Assembly (NCBI GenBank): GCA_964510435.1 | Contig: CAZEBU010000001.1 | Coordinates: 52,627-116,626 of the forward strand | Source: an uncultured Candidatus Saccharibacteria bacterium | GTDB lineage: Bacteria > Patescibacteriota > WWE3 > UBA101185 > UBA10185 | Reading direction: 5' to 3' | Length of the DNA stretch: 64,000 nt | Part shown: in pieces, positions 9,256-18,844 of the stretch | How positions within the stretch are numbered: the first letter of the stretch is position 1 | Layout of the letters: every line of letters starts with the position of its first letter | Notes under the pieces: generated by a model | The model's database searches: none | What the model saw: only the letters and a program-made list of their open reading frames with translations | What the model was told of the DNA's origin: nothing | Position numbers and translations under genes: made by a program

Positions 9256-10827
9256 ATGAAAAAAGAAAAGATCTTTTTATCGCTTACTATCATATTAATC
9301 GTAGCCACTATCCTATTTATTACTCTTTTTTCGGATAAGGATAGGGAGGTTAGAAAAGAAAACAAAAGTCTTATCACAGAAACGCAAGACTTAGTAGCAA
9401 GCAATCTGGAAAACGCTTCCAAAAAAATAAGAAATTCTGCTGTTGCCGGACAATTCTACCCCGGAGAAGCGGAAGAACTAAGAACACAGATCAGAGGTTA
9501 CCTGGAATCTGCAGAAAAGATATACAAGGAAGGAAAAATCAGAGTACTCATAGCCCCTCATGCCGGATTAGATTTCTCCGGGAAAACTGCGGGTATGGCA
9601 TTTAAACAGATTCAGGGAGAAAAATACTCCAAAGTAATAGTCTTGGGTATTAACCACAAAGAACCTTTTAAACACGCGGCTGTCTTTCCCAGCGGAAACT
9701 GGGCAACTCCTCTGGGAAATGTACCCATAGACCAAGAGCTAGCTGCTAGAATCGTCAACGGCACGGATATCATTTTCGACACGCAAGCTCACAAAAATGA
9801 ACATAGCATAGAGATGGTGGTACTCTTTCTTAAAGAAGCACTGGCTGATTTCGAACTCGTGCCCATCATGCTGGGAGCACCAAAAGCGGATACTACTGAG
9901 AGGCTGGCTTACAAATTAGCCGGTGTCATGGATGAAGATACCTTAATTGTGGTCAGCACAGATCTCTCTCACTACCCTACCTGGGAAGTTGCCAATGAAG
10001 TCGACAGAAAAACGATAAATGGCGTACTCTCCGGCGAGGTAAAAAAACTTGACCATGCCTCTGCTTTTAATTACGCCAAAAAATATCCCGATTTAAGTAC
10101 CTCCGCCTGCGGATTCCAACCACTCAGAGTTAGTATGAGGGTCGCCGAGATACTAAATCTGGGCAAATTTACGGAAATCGACTATACCAATTCCGGGGAT
10201 ATAACCGGTAATAAAGAAAGGGTAGTGGGTTATGCGGCTCTTGGAGTCTGGAGTACCAGTTTGCAGAAACCTGTACTTGATAAAGAGGCTAGAGAAGAGA
10301 CCATAAAGCTGGCTAGAGATACCCTGGATGAATACTACCGAACTAATTTAAAAATGTACTACGAACCTAAAAGTGAGGTGCTTAAAAAACCAATTGGGGC
10401 TTTTGTTAGCATGTACAAATCAGATAGCCTTAGAGGCTCCATAGGGCGTTTTGACCCAGACATTCCTCTGTACGAAGTGATCCAAGATATGGCCATCGCC
10501 GCTGCAACCCAAGACCGCAGATTTACTCCAGTTAAAGAGGAGGAGCTTTCAGATATAGATATGGTGATATCTGTCATGGGTCCACTAGAAATTATTGATG
10601 ATTGGAGGAAAATTAAGCTTGGTGTACACGGAGTGAGGATTGTTCAGAATAGGAAAACCGGAGTTTTATTACCCCAGGTTGCTACAGATAATAATTGGGA
10701 CTTGGAAACTTTTCTAAATACTACATGTACTCAAAAGGCGGGCTTGGGAAGGGAATGTTACAAAGATCCTAAAGTCAAGATATATACTTTCGAAGCAGAC
10801 ATTATCAGGGAGCAGGAAACCCTATAG
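9256..10827 (+). CDS. fusion protein with an N-terminal TM anchor, a MEMO1-like domain (AmmeMemoRadiSam system protein B) and an AMMECR1 domain
   Basis: The N-terminal half reads AGQFYPGEAEELRTQIRGYLE...IAPHAGLDFSG, which is the Memo/dioxygenase class III fold. The C-terminal half reads GAFVSMYK...LRGSIGRFDP...DRRFTPV, which is AMMECR1. Confidence 0.7.
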   Translation: MKKEKIFLSLTIILIVATILFITLFSDKDREVRKENKSLITETQDLVASNLENASKKIRNSAVAGQFYPGEAEELRTQIRGYLESAEKIYKEGKIRVLIAPHAGLDFSGKTAGMAFKQIQGEKYSKVIVLGINHKEPFKHAAVFPSGNWATPLGNVPIDQELAARIVNGTDIIFDTQAHKNEHSIEMVVLFLKEALADFELVPIMLGAPKADTTERLAYKLAGVMDEDTLIVVSTDLSHYPTWEVANEVDRKTINGVLSGEVKKLDHASAFNYAKKYPDLSTSACGFQPLRVSMRVAEILNLGKFTEIDYTNSGDITGNKERVVGYAALGVWSTSLQKPVLDKEAREETIKLARDTLDEYYRTNLKMYYEPKSEVLKKPIGAFVSMYKSDSLRGSIGRFDPDIPLYEVIQDMAIAAATQDRRFTPVKEEELSDIDMVISVMGPLEIIDDWRKIKLGVHGVRIVQNRKTGVLLPQVATDNNWDLETFLNTTCTQKAGLGRECYKDPKVKIYTFEADIIREQETL

Positions 10828-10903
10828 CATTGACTGCCAAAACACCTTATTATATAATGCCAACAACCTACAAAAAATAGTAGAAAAAGAGAGGAGCTGT
10901 GTC

Positions 10904-11323
10904 ATGTTGTTGAAGAGAATCTTTTCGGTGATCTTCCCACCTATAGAGTTTGTGAAGGGAAAGCTGTACATTCGTGTGCTTAGTGGAAAACCGAAGCTGC
11001 TGTTCTACCCTGATGAGGATGTTCAATTCAATTACCGTAGCTTCCAAACGCAAGACCTTGTGCAGATGCTTTGGGGTGACTCTAAACCACATTTTGGTGG
11101 AGGCACTGATTTTGCACACCACGGAGAACAAATAGGATCACGGGTTCTGGTAGAGTTTCGGGAAGCCGGCGATGATGACATTCGTGCAATCTTTGACAAT
11201 TGGTCGGAGCAACATGGAATACCTACCATTGCAGAATTTTCTGACGAAGTGCAAAGACAATGCAACGATTTGTTAGCTAACGAGAAAGATCGTATAGCTC
11301 GCATTGCCGGAAACTATCAGTAA
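10904..11323 (+). CDS. hypothetical protein (139 aa) with locally elevated GC
   Basis: It has a good RBS (GAGAGGAG) and is followed by a clean hairpin terminator. About 46% GC against about 35% for its neighbours. Confidence 0.35.
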   Translation: MLLKRIFSVIFPPIEFVKGKLYIRVLSGKPKLLFYPDEDVQFNYRSFQTQDLVQMLWGDSKPHFGGGTDFAHHGEQIGSRVLVEFREAGDDDIRAIFDNWSEQHGIPTIAEFSDEVQRQCNDLLANEKDRIARIAGNYQ

Positions 11324-11340
11324 CTTCACTGAGTTAACAA

Positions 11341-11377
11341 CCCTCTTCGTTTCTCCCGGAGAGGGTTTTTCTTTTTT
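11341..11377 (+). terminator. rho-independent terminator
   Basis: A CCCTCT...AGAGGG stem followed by TTTTTCTTTTTT. Confidence 0.6.
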
Positions 11378-11380
11378 AAT

Positions 11381-13120
11381 TTAATTATTAAGCAAAATAA
11401 GTTGTTTTATTACATGCTCATTTTCAGGGTCTAAGCTTAAAGCATGTAGATACAAATTTTTTGCGTGTTCTGCCAACCCCAGATTATAGTACAAATCTGC
11501 AGTTATAATCGCAGTGTCTATAGAATTTGGATTATAGGCCAAGGCTTTATTTAAAAAATACGACACTGTTCTGGGTTCTTCTTGTTGTTGCAGGTAATTT
11601 ATACCGTTATCCAGCATAATTTTCGCATAATTCTCGTCCACCTCTTCTGGTTTAAATTCGTCCCAAAAAATTAGGGGTTTGTGCTCCAGGTAGATAAATC
11701 CCAGATTATTTATAGCCGTACCGGAGGTTTCCACCACTGTAAGAGCCTGCTCATAGTATTCCACCGCTTTATTGACATCACCCTGGTAATAATAATGCCC
11801 GCCAATGTCGTTATATGGTCTGACGCTCAACGGCGAGGCCCTCATATTAGCAAAAGATAAAGTAACCGTATTTTGCCATTCATCATTTCTTATGTACGTC
11901 AATATGGAAAAGACCACTAAAATAGGCGCTAAAATAAGATAAGGCAGGTACTTGATCTTAGTTACTCTACCCAAATATAGCAAGGCAATGGAAACAAGAA
12001 TGGCAAAGATGGCAGTGCCGGAATATAAGTAACGTTCTGCTAAAAACCAGGTGATCTTCACCGGAGAGTAGGTTGGCCCCAGCATAATAGGCATAATAAT
12101 AAAAAGTCCCGCCAGCTCCCTGTTACGTTTCCACAGGTAGATCAATACGATGGCATAAACAATAAAGATCGTGTACATGGAAAAGTATAAAAGCTTGGTA
12201 ACCTCCATGCCGTCGTAATAAACAGTGAGGTTGTGGGGAAAAACATAAAGCCTGCTCATTAAAAAAGTAGTGTACGGATAGCCTTCAACTACAGGCTTTA
12301 AGGCTTGTGTATTTAAGGTCACCCTTTTACCCCCTTCGGACCTAGTGGCTACTCTGTTTTCGTAGGCTTCGCCGAAATAAGTAAAAAGATATATGCTAAT
12401 GGGTATGGCGTACAAGGCTACCCACCAAAGTTTGGAGAGATCAAACTTATCCTCCAGAATAAATTGATCCAGCACTACCATGGTCATAGGCACAACCAGT
12501 ATCCACGGGGCTCGTACCAAATAGATCATAAGTACGTAAACCGCTAACGAAAAATAAAGGTATCTTTTTTTCTGTGAATGCTTATACGAAAGGTAGAGTA
12601 ATAAGATTATATAGGTGAATAAAGCAACGTATAGATACGGACTGCCACTGATCCAAGTAGCTGCTTCCGTATTTATAGGGTGCACTGCAAAGATAAGAGC
12701 AGACATCATGGCTATCTTTCTGCCATAGATCTTGTAAACAAAAAGGAAAACCAGCAAAGTAACCGTCGTATGTAAAGTAACTGACACTACTCGTAAGGGA
12801 AGAGGATCATACTCCCAGTACCTATAAGAAATGGCATAGACAATCTTCTGGATCTGACCAAATCTTAACGATTCCTGCAAGTCTGTGGTTCTTTCGTCAA
12901 AAACAAATGATTGCATGTCATCTACAAGAGTTACTTCGTTGTCCAAAGAATTGTAATAAAGCCCCACAGACAACAAAACTAAGATCCCCATAAAAAAGAG
13001 GTTTTTTCTGAGAATCGTTTTTATACCGGGGGGACTTTTTAACTTAAATCCTACATGTTGTTCTTTTTGTTTCTGGAGTTTCCTTAGCCTTCTTCTTTCC
13101 TTTTTGGTCAGTTTTCCCAT
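11381..13120 (-). CDS. polytopic membrane protein with C-terminal TPR repeats (TMTC/PMT-like glycosyltransferase architecture)
   Basis: About 11 predicted TM helices followed by TPR-like repeats (the segment YYNLGLAEHAKNLYLHALSLDPENEHV). Confidence 0.45.
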   Translation of the reverse strand: MGKLTKKERRRLRKLQKQKEQHVGFKLKSPPGIKTILRKNLFFMGILVLLSVGLYYNSLDNEVTLVDDMQSFVFDERTTDLQESLRFGQIQKIVYAISYRYWEYDPLPLRVVSVTLHTTVTLLVFLFVYKIYGRKIAMMSALIFAVHPINTEAATWISGSPYLYVALFTYIILLLYLSYKHSQKKRYLYFSLAVYVLMIYLVRAPWILVVPMTMVVLDQFILEDKFDLSKLWWVALYAIPISIYLFTYFGEAYENRVATRSEGGKRVTLNTQALKPVVEGYPYTTFLMSRLYVFPHNLTVYYDGMEVTKLLYFSMYTIFIVYAIVLIYLWKRNRELAGLFIIMPIMLGPTYSPVKITWFLAERYLYSGTAIFAILVSIALLYLGRVTKIKYLPYLILAPILVVFSILTYIRNDEWQNTVTLSFANMRASPLSVRPYNDIGGHYYYQGDVNKAVEYYEQALTVVETSGTAINNLGFIYLEHKPLIFWDEFKPEEVDENYAKIMLDNGINYLQQQEEPRTVSYFLNKALAYNPNSIDTAIITADLYYNLGLAEHAKNLYLHALSLDPENEHVIKQLILLNN

Positions 13121-13178
13121 AGGTTAACTTATGATATACAAAAGTATGGTTTTTTCAAATTTTTGTTAGAATCTAACC

Positions 13179-13565
13179 GTGACTATCTTAAATATACAAA
13201 CCAAAAAACAAAAGGAGATTTTGGACATCAGCAACGAAATTAATGACAATCTTAGTATTGAAAACGGAGTTGTGCACCTATTCATCTTACACACCACTGC
13301 GTCTATCACTATTGCGGAACCTGAACCGGGAATTGACCGGGATTTCCTGGATGCAATTGAGGCAATTTCCCCTAAACTTAACTACAAACATCCCCACGAT
13401 CCCGCACACGCTCCAGATCATATCATGACCTCCATTATAGGTAACTCATTAACAATTCCGGTGGAAAACGGTAAGTTGTTATTAGGTACCTGGCAAAGCG
13501 TGGTACTTGTAGAGTTATACGGACCAAAAAGTAGAAATATCGTCTTAAAACAAATGGAGTGCTAA
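13179..13565 (+). CDS. yjbQ: YjbQ/UPF0047 family protein (secondary thiamine-phosphate synthase-like)
   Basis: HTTASITIAEPEPGIDRD...HIMTSIIG...LGTWQSVVLVE matches the YjbQ pattern. Confidence 0.7.
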   Translation: MTILNIQTKKQKEILDISNEINDNLSIENGVVHLFILHTTASITIAEPEPGIDRDFLDAIEAISPKLNYKHPHDPAHAPDHIMTSIIGNSLTIPVENGKLLLGTWQSVVLVELYGPKSRNIVLKQMEC

Positions 13566-14132
13566 TTAGATTCTAAATTCCTGCAAGAGTCTTTGTGCGT
13601 TGCTGCCTTGTTCTCTTCCATAACTACATATTTTAGTAAGCTCGAATTCCCAATCTATTTGCTTAATTATCTCTTTGATCTTCTCTTTATTATCCATAAA
13701 TTTACCGGCTATCTTTCTGTTTGAAATTCTTGCCAAGGTAAGATGTGGTTTATAATCGTTATTGGAAGGTATAAAAAGATGTGAAAGATCAGCAGAAATT
13801 TTATTTTGAAAATCCCAGAGATTTTTATTAAAATTTACCTTCGAAAAAACCACCCGCGGAGATTTTTCGTTAAAGAAGCCAGGTCCTGATATTTTTATAT
13901 AAACACCTGCAAGTAAATGCCTATGTCTATCAATTGCACCGGAAACATTCGAAAAAACCTCTTCAGGCTGATTTCCCATAAAGATAATTGTGAAATGAGG
14001 AAAATCTGTCTTGGTAACAGACAGGCCTAACGAAGCATCTTCGAGTTTCTTCAGTATTTTTTTGTACTTAGGAAGAAAAGCGTCGTGCAAAGGAGCCCCG
14101 ACAAAAAAGTTTCTGTATTCTTTTTTTACCAT
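13566..14132 (-). CDS. 2H phosphoesterase (LigT/ThpR-like RNA 2',3'-cyclic phosphodiesterase)
   Basis: Two H-x-T-x motifs, HFTIIF and HLTLAR. Confidence 0.65.
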   Translation of the reverse strand: MVKKEYRNFFVGAPLHDAFLPKYKKILKKLEDASLGLSVTKTDFPHFTIIFMGNQPEEVFSNVSGAIDRHRHLLAGVYIKISGPGFFNEKSPRVVFSKVNFNKNLWDFQNKISADLSHLFIPSNNDYKPHLTLARISNRKIAGKFMDNKEKIKEIIKQIDWEFELTKICSYGREQGSNAQRLLQEFRI

Positions 14133-14190
14133 CTTTCCTCCTCACAAAAGTAATTATGCCGCATCTAATTGCCATGTTAACATTACCGAC

Positions 14191-14754
14191 ATGAAAGTAG
14201 CCATTATACACGGAACAAAAAGACAAGGTAACGAGTCTATCAAAGCAGCACGCTTGATATTAAAAATCGGTCAAGAGCTCGAAGAAATCGAACCAACTCT
14301 TATAGAACCGAAGGATTACCCGGAGATCAGAAATGATGGTAGTGGTACAAAAGAGGATACAAAATATAATGAACTAATTAGAAAAGCTGATGCCTATATA
14401 ATAGTGACTCCGGAATACAATCATTCCTATCCGGGCGCCTTAAAAACTCTTCTGGATAGCGCCTATAAAGAATATGTACATAAGCCCGTTGTCATTGCAG
14501 GTGTCAGCGGTGGTCCTTGGGGAGGCACACGTGTCGTAGGGTCTCTAGTCCCGGTCTTGAGGCAGTTTGGTATGCTGGTTTCTTTCGCCGATCTTTATTT
14601 TCCAAAAGTAAAGGAATTATTTGATGAAAACGGGAATCTGAAAGATGAGTCATACATAGACAAAATTAAAACATCCTATACAGAACTCTTATGGTTGGCA
14701 AAAACTCTCAAATGGGGGCGAGAAAATTTAGCTAACAAACACCACCACATCTAA
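14191..14754 (+). CDS. NAD(P)H-dependent FMN reductase (flavodoxin-like fold)
   Basis: MKVAIIHGT...IIVTPEYNHSYPGALKTLLDS. The start was moved to the internal ATG at 14191, because the track's 14011 start overlaps the convergent gene. Confidence 0.65.
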   Translation: MKVAIIHGTKRQGNESIKAARLILKIGQELEEIEPTLIEPKDYPEIRNDGSGTKEDTKYNELIRKADAYIIVTPEYNHSYPGALKTLLDSAYKEYVHKPVVIAGVSGGPWGGTRVVGSLVPVLRQFGMLVSFADLYFPKVKELFDENGNLKDESYIDKIKTSYTELLWLAKTLKWGRENLANKHHHI

Positions 14755-14757
14755 AAT

Positions 14758-15441
14758 TTACTTGTCCGAATAGCAAAAAACTTCAACATTGGGTAGATTT
14801 TTCAGCATCAATACCGGAAATTTACTTACATCCTTTTCAAACTGCATAATTCTATTGAAAACACCGCATTTTTCATCACCGTTAACCAATAATACAGACC
14901 TCGAAAAGTTCTCAATTAGACATTTTAGCGTGACCGTTAGCCTATGTTGATATTCATCGTGGCTTTCGTAGGCAATAAAAATTTTGTCAGATTCAACACC
15001 TGCGCTATTGGGCAGGATACCTGCAATGTGTCCATCTAAACCCATACCCAAAATGGCAAACACTTTTTTTTCATACACTTCAAAAAGATTTATAAGCTCG
15101 CTTTCATAACCACCAGCTTCAACTTTAGGATTAATAGGCTTCATACCCAGCACGGGGTGAAAATTTGATTTTGCCCATCTGGTTCTTCCCAACAATCCGC
15201 AATTTTTAATTATGAGCTCGTTGCTGTTTTGATGCTGACTGTAGTTTCCCCATCTTTCGTCCACCATGGCAATATCTTTCGGAAAAGGGTAATTAAAACT
15301 AAATGATAGATGATTGTAAAGCTCTTTAGGAGATTTACCACCGGATAACATCAAAAGATAATTTTCGTCCTCGTAGCTATTAATAATATCAATTACTCTC
15401 TGGATATGCTCTGACCTGGAACTAAGATTAACAACATTCAT
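14758..15441 (-). CDS. pgl: 6-phosphogluconolactonase
   Basis: LSGGKSP...GMGLDGHIAGILP, the 6PGL/glucosamine-6-P isomerase fold. Confidence 0.65.
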   Translation of the reverse strand: MNVVNLSSRSEHIQRVIDIINSYEDENYLLMLSGGKSPKELYNHLSFSFNYPFPKDIAMVDERWGNYSQHQNSNELIIKNCGLLGRTRWAKSNFHPVLGMKPINPKVEAGGYESELINLFEVYEKKVFAILGMGLDGHIAGILPNSAGVESDKIFIAYESHDEYQHRLTVTLKCLIENFSRSVLLVNGDEKCGVFNRIMQFEKDVSKFPVLMLKNLPNVEVFCYSDK

Positions 15442-15448
15442 CTGATCC

Positions 15449-15685
15449 TTAATTGGAGGTAATCATATAAGCTATATTCATCACCAAACCAATAAAAATA
15501 AAAATTATGCCTAATATAACTAAAACTTTTTCGGTGTGCATTTGCTCGATAACTTCCTTATCAACAACTTTTTCGTGCGAAAGAACCATATGCACCCTCA
15601 ACACCGCGAGACCTATCAGCACATCCCCCACAGCCGTGAGAATTACAGAGGTTACAGGTAATACCATGAATAAATAGTAACACAA
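15449..15685 (-). CDS. small membrane protein (2 TM)
   Basis: The hydrophobic 78-aa ORF in operon position. Confidence 0.3.
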   Translation of the reverse strand: MCYYLFMVLPVTSVILTAVGDVLIGLAVLRVHMVLSHEKVVDKEVIEQMHTEKVLVILGIIFIFIGLVMNIAYMITSN

Positions 15686-15730
15686 GGCAAGTGATTATAT
15701 CTCGCTTTGCTCGATGTAATCGGCAATTAA

Positions 15731-16066
15731 TTATAGATCGGAGATGTCTTCGTCATCTTCGTCCAGAGAGAGGATTATTTGGTCTAGTTCTTCTAATACC
15801 TCGTTGTTGATTTCCTCAGGAGTATCTTCATCTTCATCAAGGTCTTCGAAAGATACCAAAAAAGGTTCCTCATCCTCTGCCATGTCCCTAGCCGAAGTAT
15901 CCTGTGTTTTTTTGATCAACACGGTTCTTTCTTCATCTGTACCAGGGGTTTGGCGTTTCGGTCGTAAATTTAAGTACCAATAAGCCGCCAGACCCAGTAA
16001 GACTGAAAGGAGAATAATTATTATTAGTGCGGCGAGGCCTTTTTCTTTTTGTATATTAGTAGACAT
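15731..16066 (-). CDS. hypothetical single-TM protein with a highly acidic tail
   Basis: The N-terminus is hydrophobic and the C-terminus is D/E-rich. Confidence 0.3.
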   Translation of the reverse strand: MSTNIQKEKGLAALIIIILLSVLLGLAAYWYLNLRPKRQTPGTDEERTVLIKKTQDTSARDMAEDEEPFLVSFEDLDEDEDTPEEINNEVLEELDQIILSLDEDDEDISDL

Positions 16067-16068
16067 AT

Positions 16069-16689
16069 TTAATCCTCAACAGAACCTTCCTCCTCCGCTT
16101 CATACAACTCGGAAGCTTGTTCCCTTAAATCCTTAATATCCTCTCTGATTACATCTTTATAGTAATCTCTGATCTCTTTCCTAAGTTCTTTCACCTTTGC
16201 CAGCATCTCCCTTGCCCCGCCTAAAGAGTCCCTAAAATCACCCTCTGATTTTCCGCAGGCGTATCCCTTTGTAAATCTCAAGCTTTCTATAAAATCGGAG
16301 TAAGCTTTGGCATATTGTTTGATAAGATCATCCAATGCCGGCAGATGATCCTCAAGTTGGCTAACATCAAAGCCCTTGTCTTCCAGCTTATCTAACACCC
16401 TCTCCAACTTCTCTTTAAGGCGCTGATATTTAGCTACATGAACCCCTTTGTTCTTATCAAATCTGGCTAATTTAAGGTCAATTTTTTTCTCCAGGCGCTC
16501 GCAAATCCTCTCTTTAACTTCCTCCTTCAATTCCTCTCTGTTTTCCTTAGCTTCCTCGATCATTTCTTTCCTACCCTCTCGAATAGAATCCTTGTAGTCT
16601 TCAATTGTTTGGGAGTCTTGGTTTGCTGCAAAAGTAACGGAGGACAGAAACAGGACTAAAACCAGAACAACTAACACCTTTTTGAGCAT
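16069..16689 (-). CDS. secreted coiled-coil protein
   Basis: A signal peptide followed by charged heptad-like repeats. Confidence 0.3.
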   Translation of the reverse strand: MLKKVLVVLVLVLFLSSVTFAANQDSQTIEDYKDSIREGRKEMIEEAKENREELKEEVKERICERLEKKIDLKLARFDKNKGVHVAKYQRLKEKLERVLDKLEDKGFDVSQLEDHLPALDDLIKQYAKAYSDFIESLRFTKGYACGKSEGDFRDSLGGAREMLAKVKELRKEIRDYYKDVIREDIKDLREQASELYEAEEEGSVED

Positions 16690-16744
16690 ATCTAAATCCT
16701 AGGAGAAATACCTCAGCATGTCAACGCAAATTTAGATTTAATTT

Positions 16745-17833
16745 TTATAATAATTGTTTTATTAACTCCATAACTTGCGTATAAAACCTCAAATTGTGCA
16801 TGGTAGCCAATCTATATGCGGAGGTATCACCAATTTTAAACAGGTGCCTCAGATAAGATCTGGAAAAATTACTGCATACATAACAATGGCAATACTTGCT
16901 TATAGGGCTTTGGTCATCCTTGTACTTGCCCTTATCAATATAAATATATTCGTAGGTTTTTTGGTTTTTCATATCCTTAAGGTTCTTTGGTTTTTTCGAA
17001 AAAGCATACAGCCTCTTATGCCTGGCATCCCTGGTAGGCAAAGTGCAATCAAAAACATCCCAGCCCATCTCAGATAGTCCGGCAATATCATTTGGGCGTC
17101 CCATGCCCAAGGCAAATTTAATTTTGTCATTAGGAAGCAGGCCGGCAATATATTTGGAAAGGGAGAGATCAAGATTCCCCGCTTCATCAATGACATAACC
17201 ACCATAACCATAACCGTCAAAACCAACTTGCTGCAATTCCTCGGCACATCTTTTTCGAAGATCTTTAAAATAACCACCTTGTACGACAGCCAAAAGCAAA
17301 GGTCTGTTTTTTTGGGAAATACCTCTTCTCTCAAGTTGCTTCTCATACTCCATCCTGCTAACCTTGGCCCACTTTACCGTTCGCTCTACAGTTTTTTTAG
17401 CTTCGCTTTTAGATGCGTTAGGTGGCGTAAAATCATCCAGACAAATAATTATGTCCGAACCGATATCAAATTGCGCTTGCAGGGATTTTTGAGGAGTAAA
17501 TATCTCTTTTTTACTCACGCCAAGAGTAAAAACAACACCCGCATCGGTGATCTTTCCTTTTTTATTACTTCTATGAATAAGGGAAAAAACCTGCCAGCCA
17601 CCACTATCCGAAACTACTAAGCCGTGGTAATTCATAAATTTCTTGATCCCCCCGGCTTTTTTCAACACTTCAATACCAGGATTAGTCAGTAAGTGATAGG
17701 TATTTACTACCACACCCTTAACCCCGGAAGACTTCAAATCTAAAGAATCAACTCCCTTAGTAACCGCTTTTGTAGCATCAGGAAGAAAAACGGGTAGTTC
17801 ATATACTTTACTTTTGATCTTAACCTCTTTCAT
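16745..17833 (-). CDS. tgt: tRNA-guanine transglycosylase (queuine tRNA-ribosyltransferase family)
   Basis: A TIM-barrel TGT core with a C-terminal zinc motif CHCYVCSNF...H. Confidence 0.7.
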   Translation of the reverse strand: MKEVKIKSKVYELPVFLPDATKAVTKGVDSLDLKSSGVKGVVVNTYHLLTNPGIEVLKKAGGIKKFMNYHGLVVSDSGGWQVFSLIHRSNKKGKITDAGVVFTLGVSKKEIFTPQKSLQAQFDIGSDIIICLDDFTPPNASKSEAKKTVERTVKWAKVSRMEYEKQLERRGISQKNRPLLLAVVQGGYFKDLRKRCAEELQQVGFDGYGYGGYVIDEAGNLDLSLSKYIAGLLPNDKIKFALGMGRPNDIAGLSEMGWDVFDCTLPTRDARHKRLYAFSKKPKNLKDMKNQKTYEYIYIDKGKYKDDQSPISKYCHCYVCSNFSRSYLRHLFKIGDTSAYRLATMHNLRFYTQVMELIKQLL

Positions 17834-17854
17834 TCCTGAGGTGATTTTATCATT

Positions 17855-18844
17855 TTAGTATAGTTGTGTAGTTGGATTAAAGGCGGCCCAGGCAAACCAA
17901 AATCCCCTTAAAGGAATGTACTCCTCTCCGCTGGACTTGTCTGTAAAAGTCACCTTCCCGTCTCCGGAATACTCCACTACCACAGTTGTACTGCCTATAG
18001 TATCCTCGAATGATCTTTGGGCTTCTATCTTATCCAAGGGATAGGCTTTGGGTTCTTCGTTAACAATTATCCCGTAAACAACTTTTTTAGGATGTAGTCT
18101 CTCATCCGAATTTTCAATGCCAAAGTATATTTCTCCATCCTCTTCATAGGTTCCATAAGGATAGCGGCTATAATCACGGAGAAAATTCTTAGGTTTTGAC
18201 AGCACCTGAGAGTCAGGATGCTCGCTCTTCCAGTCTTCCCAGGTAGCAGTTATGGTGTTTAGCAACTCCAGTTTTTCATCCCTTCGAGCGGCAGGACCTA
18301 CAATAGCTTCCGCCGTAATTTGCTGCCAGAGATTTCCTTCCAAGCGGTCGTACATCACCAGATCGCTGTTATGCAAGAATCCGGAAACTCCAAATTCCGC
18401 CGTCTGTCCGCTCACTTTGCGAACAAAGGAAACGGCTGTACCGCAGAGAGGGCAAAAGGTCATAGCAATGGGATCACCGGCAATCTCGTCGTTGACTATT
18501 TCGTGCCAGTTAAGGATCCTTTGCGCGTAAGCTCTCTCTACACCTTTATAAACAACACCAAAGATGCGATCATCGTTACCCAGCCATTCATCTGCTTCAG
18601 AGACAGTCTCAAACTGAGGCTCATCTATTGAGGGGATACAGTCTTTTCTAGGGCAACCTCTTTGCAAATCGCTCTTTTTTACTTTTGCACCTTCAAAGTC
18701 ATCTGCCAGTTTGATGCTTTTTGAGTTGCCCAATAAAGGTCTGCCTGTCGCAGCTTGTTCACTATATTTAGTATAAGTTTTAAACATAAAGTAAATAAAT
18801 AAAAGTAGAATAGGAATTATGAGAATGAAGAGTACTTTTTTCAT
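17855..18844 (-). CDS. DUF3179-family exported protein
   Basis: AYAQRILNWHEIVNDEIAGDPIAMTFCPLCGTA...LVMYDR...LWQQ is the signature. Confidence 0.6.
   Translation of the reverse strand: MKKVLFILIIPILLLFIYFMFKTYTKYSEQAATGRPLLGNSKSIKLADDFEGAKVKKSDLQRGCPRKDCIPSIDEPQFETVSEADEWLGNDDRIFGVVYKGVERAYAQRILNWHEIVNDEIAGDPIAMTFCPLCGTAVSFVRKVSGQTAEFGVSGFLHNSDLVMYDRLEGNLWQQITAEAIVGPAARRDEKLELLNTITATWEDWKSEHPDSQVLSKPKNFLRDYSRYPYGTYEEDGEIYFGIENSDERLHPKKVVYGIIVNEEPKAYPLDKIEAQRSFEDTIGSTTVVVEYSGDGKVTFTDKSSGEEYIPLRGFWFAWAAFNPTTQLY

Noticed and set aside
14011-14190. Long N-terminal extension of the FMN reductase ORF (start at 14011)
   Set aside because: It overlaps the convergent 2H-phosphoesterase gene by 120 nt. 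The internal ATG at 14191 yields a canonical MKVAIIHG flavodoxin-like start.
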